Below are positions 34,338 to 43,449 of a DNA stretch of 64,000 nt, in pieces. Origin of the DNA: an uncultured Gemmatimonadota bacterium (lineage in GTDB: Bacteria; Gemmatimonadota; Gemmatimonadetes; Palauibacterales; Palauibacteraceae); assembly GCA_964518305.1 (NCBI GenBank), contig CAZFDK010000002.1, positions 44,392-108,391 on the forward strand, given 5' to 3'. The position numbers and the translations under genes are program-made. Under the pieces are notes generated by a model. That model ran no database searches, was not told the origin of the DNA, and worked only from the letters and a program-made list of their open reading frames with translations. Numbering within the stretch: the stretch's first letter is position 1; each line of letters starts with the position of its first letter.

Positions 34338-35777
34338 ATGAGAGCGAAGCTCGTCAACCGCTGGCGGAGAATCCGATCCAGCTACTGGCTCATCCCGGCC
34401 CTCCTGACCCTCTCGGCCGTGGCCATGGCAGCTCTGGCTCACCAGGTGGATCAGTCCATCGCCGCCGGGCGCCTGAGCCTCGGTCTCCTCGCCTACGGTG
34501 GAGGCGCCTCGGGGGCGCGTGCGATTCTCAGCACGCTGGCGGGGTCCATGATCACGGTCGCGGGCGTGGCCTTCTCGACCACGATGGTGGCGCTCGTCCT
34601 GGCCTCCTCGGAGTTCGGACCTCGCCTCCTGGAGCACTTCATCCGCGACCGGGGAAATCAGGTGGTGCTGGGGAGCTTCATCTGCACCTTCCTGTACTGC
34701 GTGCTCGGGCTGCTCGCCGTGCGCGGGACCGACGCCGCCTTCGTCCCCCGCTTCACGGTCAACCTCGGCATCCTGCTGAGCGTGGTGAGCGTGGGCCTCT
34801 TCATCTACTTCATCCATCACGTGATCCAGCTCATCCAGGCACCCAACGTCGTGAGCCGGGTGGGACAGCGCCTGGACGCCTGGGTCGACGGGCTCTTCCC
34901 CGACCTGCACGAGCACGAGCTCGGCGCGGCGGCGCGGGCACCGGTCGGAGAGGCCCGGACGGGGGTCGCCTCGCCGGCGCGTCCCTCCGACCACCTGCCG
35001 GAGTGGTGCGGAGCCGGACGGAACGGGTCGCCGGAAGCCCCGAGCTCCCGCTCCCTCGAGGCGGACCGGAGCGGCTACCTGCAGACTCTGGATCACGACC
35101 ACCTCGTACAGGTGGCCGAGGGGCGGCACCTGGTGGTCGAGCTCCGGGTCCGGCCGGGGGACTTCCTCCGGCCCGGCGACGAACTGGCACTCCTCCACTG
35201 CGTCCGGATGCCGGACGACGACCCGCGGGACGAACTCGACCAGGCCTTCGTGCTCGGCGACCAGCGGACGCCGGCCCAGGATCCGGAGTTCGTCGTGGAT
35301 CAGCTCGTGGAGCTGGCCGTTCGCGCCCTCTCGTCCGGCACCAACGACCCGTATACGGCCATCAACTGCATCGATCGCCTCGGAGCAGCGCTGGGGCGCG
35401 TGGCACGCAGGCCCCCTCCCCCGGAGCGCGTCCGTGGCCCCGGCGGACGCATCCGTCTCCTCCGGGATCCCATCGACTTCCCGGAACTCGCCTGCGCCGC
35501 CCTCGATCCCATCCGCGAGTACGGCCGTGGACACTCGGCCGTACTGATCCGGCTCCTGGACACCGTCGGCGCGCTCTCCGGCCAGGCGCGGCGGCCCCCG
35601 GCGCTGTCCGAGCTCCGGTGGCACGCGGAGAAGATCGTCCGCTCGGGCCAGGAGGGGATCCCGGAGGAAACGGGGGTCGCCTCGCTCGAGAGCCGCTTCA
35701 GGCGGGTCCGGCAGCGCATTCGGGAGCGGGAGGAAGGGATCGAGGTGTCGAGTACGGGACCCGAGGCCGGAAAATAA
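34338..35777 (+). CDS. DUF2254-like membrane protein
   Basis: The N-terminus RRIRSSYWLIPALLTLSAVAMA is followed by 4 TM segments and a soluble C-terminal domain. ATG at 34338. Confidence 0.5.
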   Translation: MRAKLVNRWRRIRSSYWLIPALLTLSAVAMAALAHQVDQSIAAGRLSLGLLAYGGGASGARAILSTLAGSMITVAGVAFSTTMVALVLASSEFGPRLLEHFIRDRGNQVVLGSFICTFLYCVLGLLAVRGTDAAFVPRFTVNLGILLSVVSVGLFIYFIHHVIQLIQAPNVVSRVGQRLDAWVDGLFPDLHEHELGAAARAPVGEARTGVASPARPSDHLPEWCGAGRNGSPEAPSSRSLEADRSGYLQTLDHDHLVQVAEGRHLVVELRVRPGDFLRPGDELALLHCVRMPDDDPRDELDQAFVLGDQRTPAQDPEFVVDQLVELAVRALSSGTNDPYTAINCIDRLGAALGRVARRPPPPERVRGPGGRIRLLRDPIDFPELACAALDPIREYGRGHSAVLIRLLDTVGALSGQARRPPALSELRWHAEKIVRSGQEGIPEETGVASLESRFRRVRQRIREREEGIEVSSTGPEAGK

Positions 35778-36014
35778 TTCGGCCTCGGGGAGCAGCCCTC
35801 GACCGGGACGCGACGCGCTCGACGGCTCAGAACGCCGATCTGACGGGGCATTTCGGCCTCGCCGGGAACGTACGTATGACGATTGCAATTATTGAGACGA
35901 CGGCGGGAAACCGCCACGGGGGGTCACCCTCGTACGACTCGAGCCGGAGGCACCGAATCTTGTGGGCGTATGGTTCGACCTCCATCAACGGCGTGTGCTG
36001 CAGGGAGGCACTCG

Positions 36015-36365
36015 ATGGGACTGTCCTTTACTGATCGACAGCTCGACCTGATGAACATCCTCTGGGACGATGGCTCGGCCACCGTCCGCGAGGCCAAGGA
36101 GGCCCTGGACGAGGAGCTCGCCTACACGAGCGTTCTCACGGTCTTCCAGACGCTGGAGAAGAACGGACACGTTCGACACGAGCCCGAGGGCAAGGCCTAC
36201 CGCTACTATGCCACCGTGAGCCGCGAAGAAGCCGGTCGCGAGGCCGTCTCCTATCTCAAGCGTCGACTCTTCCAGGGCTCGGCCGAGGCGCTGACCGAGA
36301 CCCTGCGGGAGGAAACCCGGGAGACGCAGGTCGACGAGGAGGAGCCGACCGAGCTGGAGGTCTGA
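36015..36365 (+). CDS. BlaI/MecI/CopY-family transcriptional repressor
   Basis: LSFTDRQLDLMNILWDDGSATVREAKEAL..LAYTSVLTVFQTLEKNGHVRHEPEGKAYRYY. ATG at 36015 preceded by GGGAGG. Confidence 0.75.
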   Translation: MGLSFTDRQLDLMNILWDDGSATVREAKEALDEELAYTSVLTVFQTLEKNGHVRHEPEGKAYRYYATVSREEAGREAVSYLKRRLFQGSAEALTETLREETRETQVDEEEPTELEV

Positions 36366-36406
36366 GCAGTCATCGACCTGGAGAACACGCCAGAGTCCCG
36401 GGACGG

Positions 36407-38302
36407 TCAGCGTGCCCTGAAGATCACGATCCGGGCCCGGGCGCTGGCGGAGAGCGCGTTGTCGGCCTGGTCGGTGAGCCGCACCTCGAGCTCTGGAGTC
36501 GAGCCGCTGGAGGAGAGCGTGAAGTGCTTCCCGGGGCCGGGACGGACCTCGAAGTCCGTGCCTCCGTCGGTGAAGCCGGTCTCCACGGGGTTCAGCGGGT
36601 ACTCCCCGAACCGCCAGCCGGATCTGTTCGCCGCCAGCTCGCGGTACATGTCCCGCAGGTCCCAGGTCGGGAGAATCCGTTGGCCATCGGCGGCGTCCAC
36701 GTCGTCATCCACCGCCAACATCACGGCGAAGTCGGCCAGCAGGTCGTCGAAGCTCGCCCCGGTGACCTCCTCCACGTTCTCGATCCCGGTGCTGAGCCCG
36801 CCGTCGGCCTGGGCCAGGTCCCGGATGAAGCCCTCCTCCCCCGTGCTCGGCACCGCGCCCTCGCCCACCGACGCGTACTGATCCGCCAGCCAGCGGGCGA
36901 AGAGCCACCCGAAGCCCCGCATCTCCAGCGACTGCAGCCCATCGGGGTCCGAGGTGGCCAGCGCCCTGGTCGTCGGCACGCTGTCCATGAACGCCCCTGC
37001 GTTGAAGAAGTCGTTGAAGAGATAGGTATCGAACGTCTGTGAGCCGGAGCCGGCCGTCGCCTCGTAGGTAAGGTTCGAGCGTACGGAGGCCCCGTACGCG
37101 GCCAGGCCCACGACCTCCTCGGCCAGGTGAGAGAGGGCCTCGCTGAGCCACGTCGTCTCGAAGGGGCCGAAGCCGGTCGTGTTCTGCTTGATCACCCGGT
37201 TCGCGGCGTTGAGCAGGTGCTGGAGCTCGTGCGACGAGACGGAGAAGGCGTTGCGCTTCGCCCTTTCCGCCGAGGTGGGGGTGCCGTAGTCGCCGTTCGG
37301 GTCCGGGGAACGCAGGTACAGGAGCTCCGACTCGTTGGAGGCGGCGCACACCCTCTCATCCGAACCCGTCCCCTCGTCGTCTCCCGATTCAGCGAGGTCG
37401 TTCGGGACGAAGAAGCCGCCCACCCGCGTCCGTCCGTCGGCCGGATCGAGCTCGTTCACCTTCGGCGTGAACAGGATGTAGACGTGGTCATTGCCATCGA
37501 TGTCGGTGGGAGAGCCGAAGTAGGCGCTGTCCACCGGGACCACGAGCGTGTCGAAGGTGGCGGCGATCTGCTGAAAATCCGTGCTCGAGAAACCGCCGAG
37601 GCCACCCACGCTCGGCTCCGGCGCCGCCGTGTCCTGCACGATGATCGCCCGCTCGCCCACTTCCTTCACCTCGGCCGTCACGGTCCGGGCGGAGGCGGTG
37701 TCGCACGGGGTGTCGAAATCCTGCTGGGCCGCGAACCAGAACTGAATCCGATCTCCAGCGTCCGGGACCGTGTTGGTGGGTACCCTGGAGCTCAGGCGGA
37801 TGTCGCCGCCCGAGCTCACATCGGAGTCCGCGTGTCGCGTCGGGCTGATCCCGCGGCGGACGAGGAGGTCGCGGGAGCTCTCCCGGATCTTCCGGCGGAT
37901 CATCAGGTCCCGCGCCCGGGGCGGCAGGTCGACACCGGCGCCGGCGGCCCGCCGGCTCGACGAGACTGATCCGGAGCCCGAGCTCCCGTCGCCCCGGGTG
38001 AGCCGCATGGGGATCAGGCCGGGGGATCCCGCGTCGGCCGACTGAACGGCCAGACGGTACTCGCGTCCGCTGGAGGCGGAGGGAAGCCGAAGGGCCAGCA
38101 CCTCGCCGTCGGCGGTGAAGGTGGTCGACTCGCCGACGTTCAGCCCCACGTCCTGTACGGTGACGCTGCCCCCGCCGTCGCCGGGTTCCATCGGGTCCTG
38201 CCCGTCCCCGCCGCAGGCGAGAACCAGCGAGACGGTCGCACCGAGGATCACCGCGCCGAGTTCGGAGGGTCGGACGTGTCCGGTGCATGCGTTGGACGTC
38301 AC
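36407..38302 (-). CDS. Lipoprotein with an HExxH zinc-metallopeptidase motif
   Basis: Lipobox VSLVLACGG, then FSVSSHELQHLLNAANR with a downstream LSEALSHLAEE. Confidence 0.45.
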   Translation of the reverse strand: MTSNACTGHVRPSELGAVILGATVSLVLACGGDGQDPMEPGDGGGSVTVQDVGLNVGESTTFTADGEVLALRLPSASSGREYRLAVQSADAGSPGLIPMRLTRGDGSSGSGSVSSSRRAAGAGVDLPPRARDLMIRRKIRESSRDLLVRRGISPTRHADSDVSSGGDIRLSSRVPTNTVPDAGDRIQFWFAAQQDFDTPCDTASARTVTAEVKEVGERAIIVQDTAAPEPSVGGLGGFSSTDFQQIAATFDTLVVPVDSAYFGSPTDIDGNDHVYILFTPKVNELDPADGRTRVGGFFVPNDLAESGDDEGTGSDERVCAASNESELLYLRSPDPNGDYGTPTSAERAKRNAFSVSSHELQHLLNAANRVIKQNTTGFGPFETTWLSEALSHLAEEVVGLAAYGASVRSNLTYEATAGSGSQTFDTYLFNDFFNAGAFMDSVPTTRALATSDPDGLQSLEMRGFGWLFARWLADQYASVGEGAVPSTGEEGFIRDLAQADGGLSTGIENVEEVTGASFDDLLADFAVMLAVDDDVDAADGQRILPTWDLRDMYRELAANRSGWRFGEYPLNPVETGFTDGGTDFEVRPGPGKHFTLSSSGSTPELEVRLTDQADNALSASARARIVIFRAR

Positions 38303-38521
38303 GGTGTCCCTCTTCGTTCCGTGTCGTGGAGATGTTCCAGCGTCGGCGGTCGTTCAGCCGTCGAGGCGGATGGCCGCTCCGGCGGGCCGGTCAAGAGACG
38401 ATCGGACCGCGACGAGCGACACATCGCGTCCGGTCAAGATACACGGGCGGTCCCGGGACGGGTCCCGCGATCCGCAGGGCAGCACCTGGCAGCACCTCCA
38501 GACGGGGCTCTCTCGGAGGCC

Positions 38522-39730
38522 TCAGCTCGCGGAGAGCCGTGCTTCCAGGGCCGTCGCCGGGAACGGATCGGCGAAGAAGTTCCCCTGTCCCAGGTCGCAC
38601 CCCAGCTCGCGGAGCGTCTCGTACTGCTCGTGGCTCTCCACCGCCTCGGCCGTGACCTGCAGCCCGAAACCCTCGCTCATCCTGACGATGGCCTCCACGG
38701 TAGCCCGGTCGGGCTCGCTCTTCTGCATCCTGGCCACGAAAGACCCGTCGATCTTGAGTCCCCCCAGCTTCAGGCGGGCGAGCTGCCCCAGCGACACGTA
38801 GCCGGTGCCGAAGTCGTCGATCACCACGTCCGCCCCGAGCCGCCGGACCTGGACCAGCTGCGTCCCGGCTTCGTCCAGCGTCTCCTCGCTCACCTCGACC
38901 TGCAGGTCCTCTCCGTCCATGTCGTGTTCGGCCAGAAGCGAACGGATCCGCTCCACGAAGCCGCGCTGGCGGCACTGGTCGGTGCTCAGGTTCACGGCCA
39001 CGAAGAAGTCGGAGCTGCCGGGGAACTGTTCCCGCCACCGGCCGAACTGCCGGAAGGCCTCCTCCATGGCCCAGTTGCTCACCGGCACCAGGAGGCCCGC
39101 GCTCTCGGCGAAGCTCACGAACTCCCCGGCATTCAGCAGCCCCCGTCGCGGGTGGTCCCACCGCACCAGGGCCTCCACCCCCACGGTCCGGCGTCCCTCC
39201 AGGGAGACGACCGGCTGGAAGTAGAGGACCAGCTGTCCCTCCTCGACCGCGCGCTGCAGGTCCCTGCGGCGGGCCTCCTCCAGCCCTCGACCTCCCGGCC
39301 CTCTGCCGGTGCGGTGGAACAGCTCCGCCATCATCCCGCTGCCCAGGCTGACGACGATGAGCACCGTCGTGGCGCCGCCGTAGACCCACCAGTCCACGCT
39401 CCCCTGGACGACGTTGCCGACGACCACCTCGGTGACCGTGAGGACGGCCATGCCCCCGGCCAGCGCCCTGACGGCTCCCGTCCAGCCGTGATAGTAGGAA
39501 AGCAGAAACGCCGGGATCAAGGCCAGGATCCAGAGGATTCCGGCGTACGTCGCCCCCGTCGGCGGGCGAAGAAGGGCCGCCACCACGGCGACGGCCAGGG
39601 CGAAGACGCTGATGGCGATCACTCGCGGGGGGATGTCCTGCGCCGGCCTCTCGCCGAGCTCGTCCAGGCTCGAGAGCAGCAGGGCCCGCACCGGGCCCGG
39701 GTCCTCTTCCGCTGCCTGCTCCGCCGTCAC
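38522..39730 (-). CDS. Membrane-anchored EAL-domain c-di-GMP phosphodiesterase
   Basis: N-terminal TM segments, then YFQPVVSL..VEALVRW, AVNLS, VIDDFGTGY, LKIDGSF, TAEAVES and GQGNFF. Confidence 0.8.
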   Translation of the reverse strand: MTAEQAAEEDPGPVRALLLSSLDELGERPAQDIPPRVIAISVFALAVAVVAALLRPPTGATYAGILWILALIPAFLLSYYHGWTGAVRALAGGMAVLTVTEVVVGNVVQGSVDWWVYGGATTVLIVVSLGSGMMAELFHRTGRGPGGRGLEEARRRDLQRAVEEGQLVLYFQPVVSLEGRRTVGVEALVRWDHPRRGLLNAGEFVSFAESAGLLVPVSNWAMEEAFRQFGRWREQFPGSSDFFVAVNLSTDQCRQRGFVERIRSLLAEHDMDGEDLQVEVSEETLDEAGTQLVQVRRLGADVVIDDFGTGYVSLGQLARLKLGGLKIDGSFVARMQKSEPDRATVEAIVRMSEGFGLQVTAEAVESHEQYETLRELGCDLGQGNFFADPFPATALEARLSAS

Positions 39731-39756
39731 GGCTCCCCCCCGGCGACGGCTACTCC

Positions 39757-39797
39757 CGTATAGATTAACATGGTCATAATAAAGAAAGGATAGATGC
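39757..39797. promoter_or_regulatory. AT-rich divergent promoter region (EAL gene / YaiO-like gene)
   Basis: GTATAGATTAACATGGTCATAATAAAGAAAGGATAGATG stands out in a GC-rich background. Confidence 0.3.
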
Positions 39798-39940
39798 GAC
39801 TTGCCGGACGGGACAGGCGCGGGGGCGCCGTCCCGTTGGTTCTACGGGGCGCTTTCCACAGATTGCGGCTGGCATTCGACACCGCGGGCGGGGACGCCGG
39901 CCGCGGGGATCCCGCCGACCGCGCGCCGGAGGAAGCCTCC

Positions 39941-40753
39941 ATGAGTCCGTCGGACCACCCACAGCGGTGGGTACGGAGGGGAGCGACGCCCCCCGGGCTC
40001 CACGCCGTGGCCGCCCTCCTCCTGCTCCTGCTGGCAGCGCCCGGGGCCCGAGCCCAGGACAGCCCGTGGACGGGACGGCTCTTCCTCCAGGCCCGGTCGG
40101 TGGAGGACCGCGAGGCGTGGCTGGTCCTCCGCCAGCAGGCGGCCAAAAGCTTCTCGGGCGGGGGAATGCTGCAGGTGGGCCTCACGCAGACGCGTCGATT
40201 CGGAGACTGGGACGCCAGCGTCGGGGCCAGCGGGACGCTCCGTCCCGGCGGCGGCGCGTACCTGTCGCTCGACGCCCGGATCACCCCCGAGGCCGACGTC
40301 ATCGACGACGCCCGGTTCGGCGCCCGGATGTCGCTGCCGCTGGGCGAGCTCGTTCCCTCCGTGGGCTACCGGATCAAGCTCTTCGGGGACGACCCCGTCC
40401 ACGCCGTGAGCCCCCGACTGAACTGGTACCGGGGGTCGTGGCTCCTCTCGGGCGAGGTCCGGCTGGTCCGGAGCGCCCTCGAGACCACCAGCATCGCCGC
40501 CATCGGGCGCGTCACCCGGCGCATCCCGGGGGGCTGGAGCGTCCGGATCGGGGTGGCCCGGGGCGAGGAGGACTTCCGTGTGGGGCGGCCGCCGGGCCAG
40601 AGCCTTCGCACTCTCACGTCCCGCTCCCTGTCGGCAGGGGTCGAGCGTCGCCTGACCGACGGCTGGACGGTACAGCTCGACCTCGCCGGCGTCGACACGG
40701 ACCAGGGCCTGGACCGCTTCGGGGCGTCCGTGACCCTCGCCCGGACGTTCTGA
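39941..40753 (+). CDS. YaiO-family-like outer-membrane beta-barrel protein
   Basis: Signal peptide AALLLLLLAAPGARA-QD. About 250 aa. The segment ARFGARMSLPLGELVPSVGYRIKLFGDDPVHAVSPRLNWYRG parallels E. coli YaiO as I recall it (..LLPKTLFTTGYRYTKYYDDVEVDAW..). Ends ..VTLARTF. Confidence 0.5.
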   Translation: MSPSDHPQRWVRRGATPPGLHAVAALLLLLLAAPGARAQDSPWTGRLFLQARSVEDREAWLVLRQQAAKSFSGGGMLQVGLTQTRRFGDWDASVGASGTLRPGGGAYLSLDARITPEADVIDDARFGARMSLPLGELVPSVGYRIKLFGDDPVHAVSPRLNWYRGSWLLSGEVRLVRSALETTSIAAIGRVTRRIPGGWSVRIGVARGEEDFRVGRPPGQSLRTLTSRSLSAGVERRLTDGWTVQLDLAGVDTDQGLDRFGASVTLARTF

Positions 40754-40759
40754 GCCGTC

Positions 40760-41827
40760 ATGGCCGATATTCTCCGTGCGCTCCTGCTGGTCGAGGCCGG
40801 GATCCTGGCCCTCCTCTTCGTGGTCCTGTTGGGGTGGCCGCTGGTGGTGCGCGCGGTCGAAAGCCGGCGCGCCCGGCAGCGACGGGGGCTTCTCTCCACC
40901 GTGTGGAATTATCGGAGGGCGGACGCGCCCGGGGACGTGCTCGGCGCCCTGGGGGATGCGAGCCCGAAGGCCCTCCTGTGGTCACTGGAAGCGATGCAGG
41001 ACGACCGCCTGGAGCCCGAACACCTGGACCTGGACCGCCTCGTACGTGGCACCCCCGCCTTCGGCCGCCTGGAGCGGGCGGCCCGTTCCTCGTTCTGGTG
41101 GCGGCGACAGACGGCGGCCCAGCTGCTGGCCCACGTGGGCCACCCGGAATCGGACCGATCCCTGCTGATCTCCCTCCTCCGTGATCCGCATCCCGGCGTG
41201 TCCTCGGCCGCCCTGCTCACCGCCCGGGAGCTCGGATGGCCCGGGCTCGTGGAGCCGCTCCTCGACCTGGCGGCCGGAGGCGGGCCCGCGACCCGCGGCA
41301 AGGAGAGCCTGCTCCGGGAGACGCTCTCGGCGCTCGAGGCCGACGTCGTGCCGCCGCTCCGGGACCGGCTCCGGGCGAGCGAGGACCGGTCCGAGGAACT
41401 CACGCTCCTGCGGATCGCGGGCCAGCTCGCCGACGAGGAGCTCCTGCCGTACCTGATCGATCGTCTCCGCCACGGCGGGCTCGAACTCCGGACCCGGGCG
41501 GCCAAGACGTTGCGAGAAGCCGGCCTGTCCGGGGCCGCCGACGCCCTGCGCGACGCGCTGGAGGACCCGGCCTGGCAGGTGCGCACCCAGGCCGCTCGAG
41601 CCCTCGGGGAGTTGGGGGCGGAGGAGGCCGCCGAAGACCTCGGCCGCTCCCTCACCGACCCCAGCTGGTGGGTCCGGCTGCGGGCCGCCCTGGCGCTGAG
41701 ACGGCTCGGGGAGCCGGGAACACGGATCCTCGGAAGCGTCGAGCCCGAGGAGGACCAGTACGCGGCCGACATGGCCCGGTACGTTCTGGGCCTCGAGGAC
41801 GCGGCGCTCCGGGAGTACGCCCGATGA
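40760..41827 (+). CDS. Membrane-anchored HEAT-repeat protein
   Basis: N-terminal TM LLLVEAGILALLFVVLLGWPLVV, then repeated D(P)..VR..AA.AL units (DPAWQVRTQAARALGELG, DPSWWVRLRAALALRRLG). Confidence 0.65.
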   Translation: MADILRALLLVEAGILALLFVVLLGWPLVVRAVESRRARQRRGLLSTVWNYRRADAPGDVLGALGDASPKALLWSLEAMQDDRLEPEHLDLDRLVRGTPAFGRLERAARSSFWWRRQTAAQLLAHVGHPESDRSLLISLLRDPHPGVSSAALLTARELGWPGLVEPLLDLAAGGGPATRGKESLLRETLSALEADVVPPLRDRLRASEDRSEELTLLRIAGQLADEELLPYLIDRLRHGGLELRTRAAKTLREAGLSGAADALRDALEDPAWQVRTQAARALGELGAEEAAEDLGRSLTDPSWWVRLRAALALRRLGEPGTRILGSVEPEEDQYAADMARYVLGLEDAALREYAR

Positions 41828-41888
41828 GACGGAGCGGCCCGGCGACGTCTCCGGGGACCCGGGTGGGAGGACCGGGAGCGCGAGGAGC

Positions 41889-43316
41889 GTGATCGACTTC
41901 CTCGTCCGGGCGGTGGGGTTCTGGAACCCGTTGCTCCTCTGGTACTTCGGGCTCCTGAACCTCTTCTACGGGGTCCTCTTCGGCTTCTCGGTCTTCGAGA
42001 CCTGGAAGCACTGGGTGCTCTCGTCCCGGCTCGACGCTACCGAGCGCCTCCCGGACGAGGCCTTCCCCCCCGTTTCGGTCCTGGTGCCTGCCTACGACGA
42101 GGAGCGGGTCATCGTCGACTCCGTGGAGGCCCTGCTCGACCTCGATTACCCCCAGCAGCAGGTCGTGGTGGTCAACGATGCGTCCACCGACGACACCCTG
42201 GGAAGGCTGAAGGACCGCTTCGACCTCTACTCGGTTCCGCCAGCCTTTCAAGCCGTCCTGGACACCGCCCCCGTTCGGGACTTCTACCGATCTCGGACGG
42301 ACCCGGAGCTGCTGGTCGTGGACAAGGACGACGGCGGCGGCAAGGCAGGCGCCCTCAACGTGGCGCTGAACGCGTGCCGGTACCCCTACTGCGTCACCGT
42401 GGACGCCGACACGGTGATCGAGCCCGCGGCCATCCGACGGATGGCGCGGGCCTTCCTGCTGAGCGAGAGGCGCGTGGTGGGCACGGGGGGAAGCATCCGG
42501 GTGGCGAACGGCGTCTATTTCGACGGCGGCACGCCGGTGCAGCCCACGGTGCCCGACAACTTGCTCGCCGGCCTCCAGGTGCCCGAGTACTTTCGGGCTT
42601 TCCTGTTCGGCCGGCTCGGCTGGAACCAGATGGGCGGCAACCTGCTGATCTCGGGCGCCTTCGGCCTGTACGAGAAGCAATTGCTGATCGAGGCCGGGGG
42701 CTTCGAGGAGGGCTCGGTCACCGAGGACCTCGAGCTCACGGTGAGCATTCACCGCCACATGCAGGAGAAGGGGGAGCCCTACGACCTCCCCTTCGTGCCC
42801 GATCCGGTGGCGTGGACCGAGGTGCCCGAGTCCCTCTCGGTGCTCGGCAACCAGCGGGAGCGCTGGCACAGGGGGCTGCTGTCCAGCGTCTTCCGTCACC
42901 TGCGCATGTTCGGAAACCCCCGGTACGGCCTGACCGGCCTGGTGGCCTTCCCCTACTACATGCTGGGCGAGATGCTGGCTCCGGTCATGGAAGTCGTGGG
43001 GATCGGGGTGGTCGCGGCGGGCCTGTGGCTCGACGTCCTCTCGGCGGAGTACGCTCTCCTGTTCTTCGGACTCGCGTACGGCTACCAGATGCTGCTCACC
43101 ATGGCCAGCGTGGTCCTGGAACAGCTCACCTTCCGGGTCTACAGCGACGTGCGCCAGTACCTGAAGCTGCTGCTGCTTGCCGTGATCGAGCCCTTCGGCT
43201 ACCGCCAGCTCACCACGTGGTGGCGGCTCAAGGCCTTCGGGACGTTCCTCCGCGACGTGGGAGGGTGGGGCGAGATGGAGCGAAGCGGCTTCGGGGGGAA
43301 CGCGAACAGCGAGTAA
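41889..43316 (+). CDS. Processive family-2 glycosyltransferase (PgaC/IcaA/cellulose-synthase-like)
   Basis: VSVLVPAYDEE, VVVNDASTDDT, TVDADT, SVTEDLELT and QRERWHRG (QxxRW), flanked by TM segments. GTG start at 41889. Confidence 0.8.
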   Translation: MIDFLVRAVGFWNPLLLWYFGLLNLFYGVLFGFSVFETWKHWVLSSRLDATERLPDEAFPPVSVLVPAYDEERVIVDSVEALLDLDYPQQQVVVVNDASTDDTLGRLKDRFDLYSVPPAFQAVLDTAPVRDFYRSRTDPELLVVDKDDGGGKAGALNVALNACRYPYCVTVDADTVIEPAAIRRMARAFLLSERRVVGTGGSIRVANGVYFDGGTPVQPTVPDNLLAGLQVPEYFRAFLFGRLGWNQMGGNLLISGAFGLYEKQLLIEAGGFEEGSVTEDLELTVSIHRHMQEKGEPYDLPFVPDPVAWTEVPESLSVLGNQRERWHRGLLSSVFRHLRMFGNPRYGLTGLVAFPYYMLGEMLAPVMEVVGIGVVAAGLWLDVLSAEYALLFFGLAYGYQMLLTMASVVLEQLTFRVYSDVRQYLKLLLLAVIEPFGYRQLTTWWRLKAFGTFLRDVGGWGEMERSGFGGNANSE

Positions 43317-43449
43317 TCCTCGCATCAGCACCCGGATAGAAGCAGCGGGTCGCGCTCAGAAGTAGATGGAGAGCCGCGTGTGGCCCAGGTCGCCGCAGGG
43401 GCCGTACTCGCTCCGGGGGCGGGACACGGGCCCGGCGGTCGATACCGGG

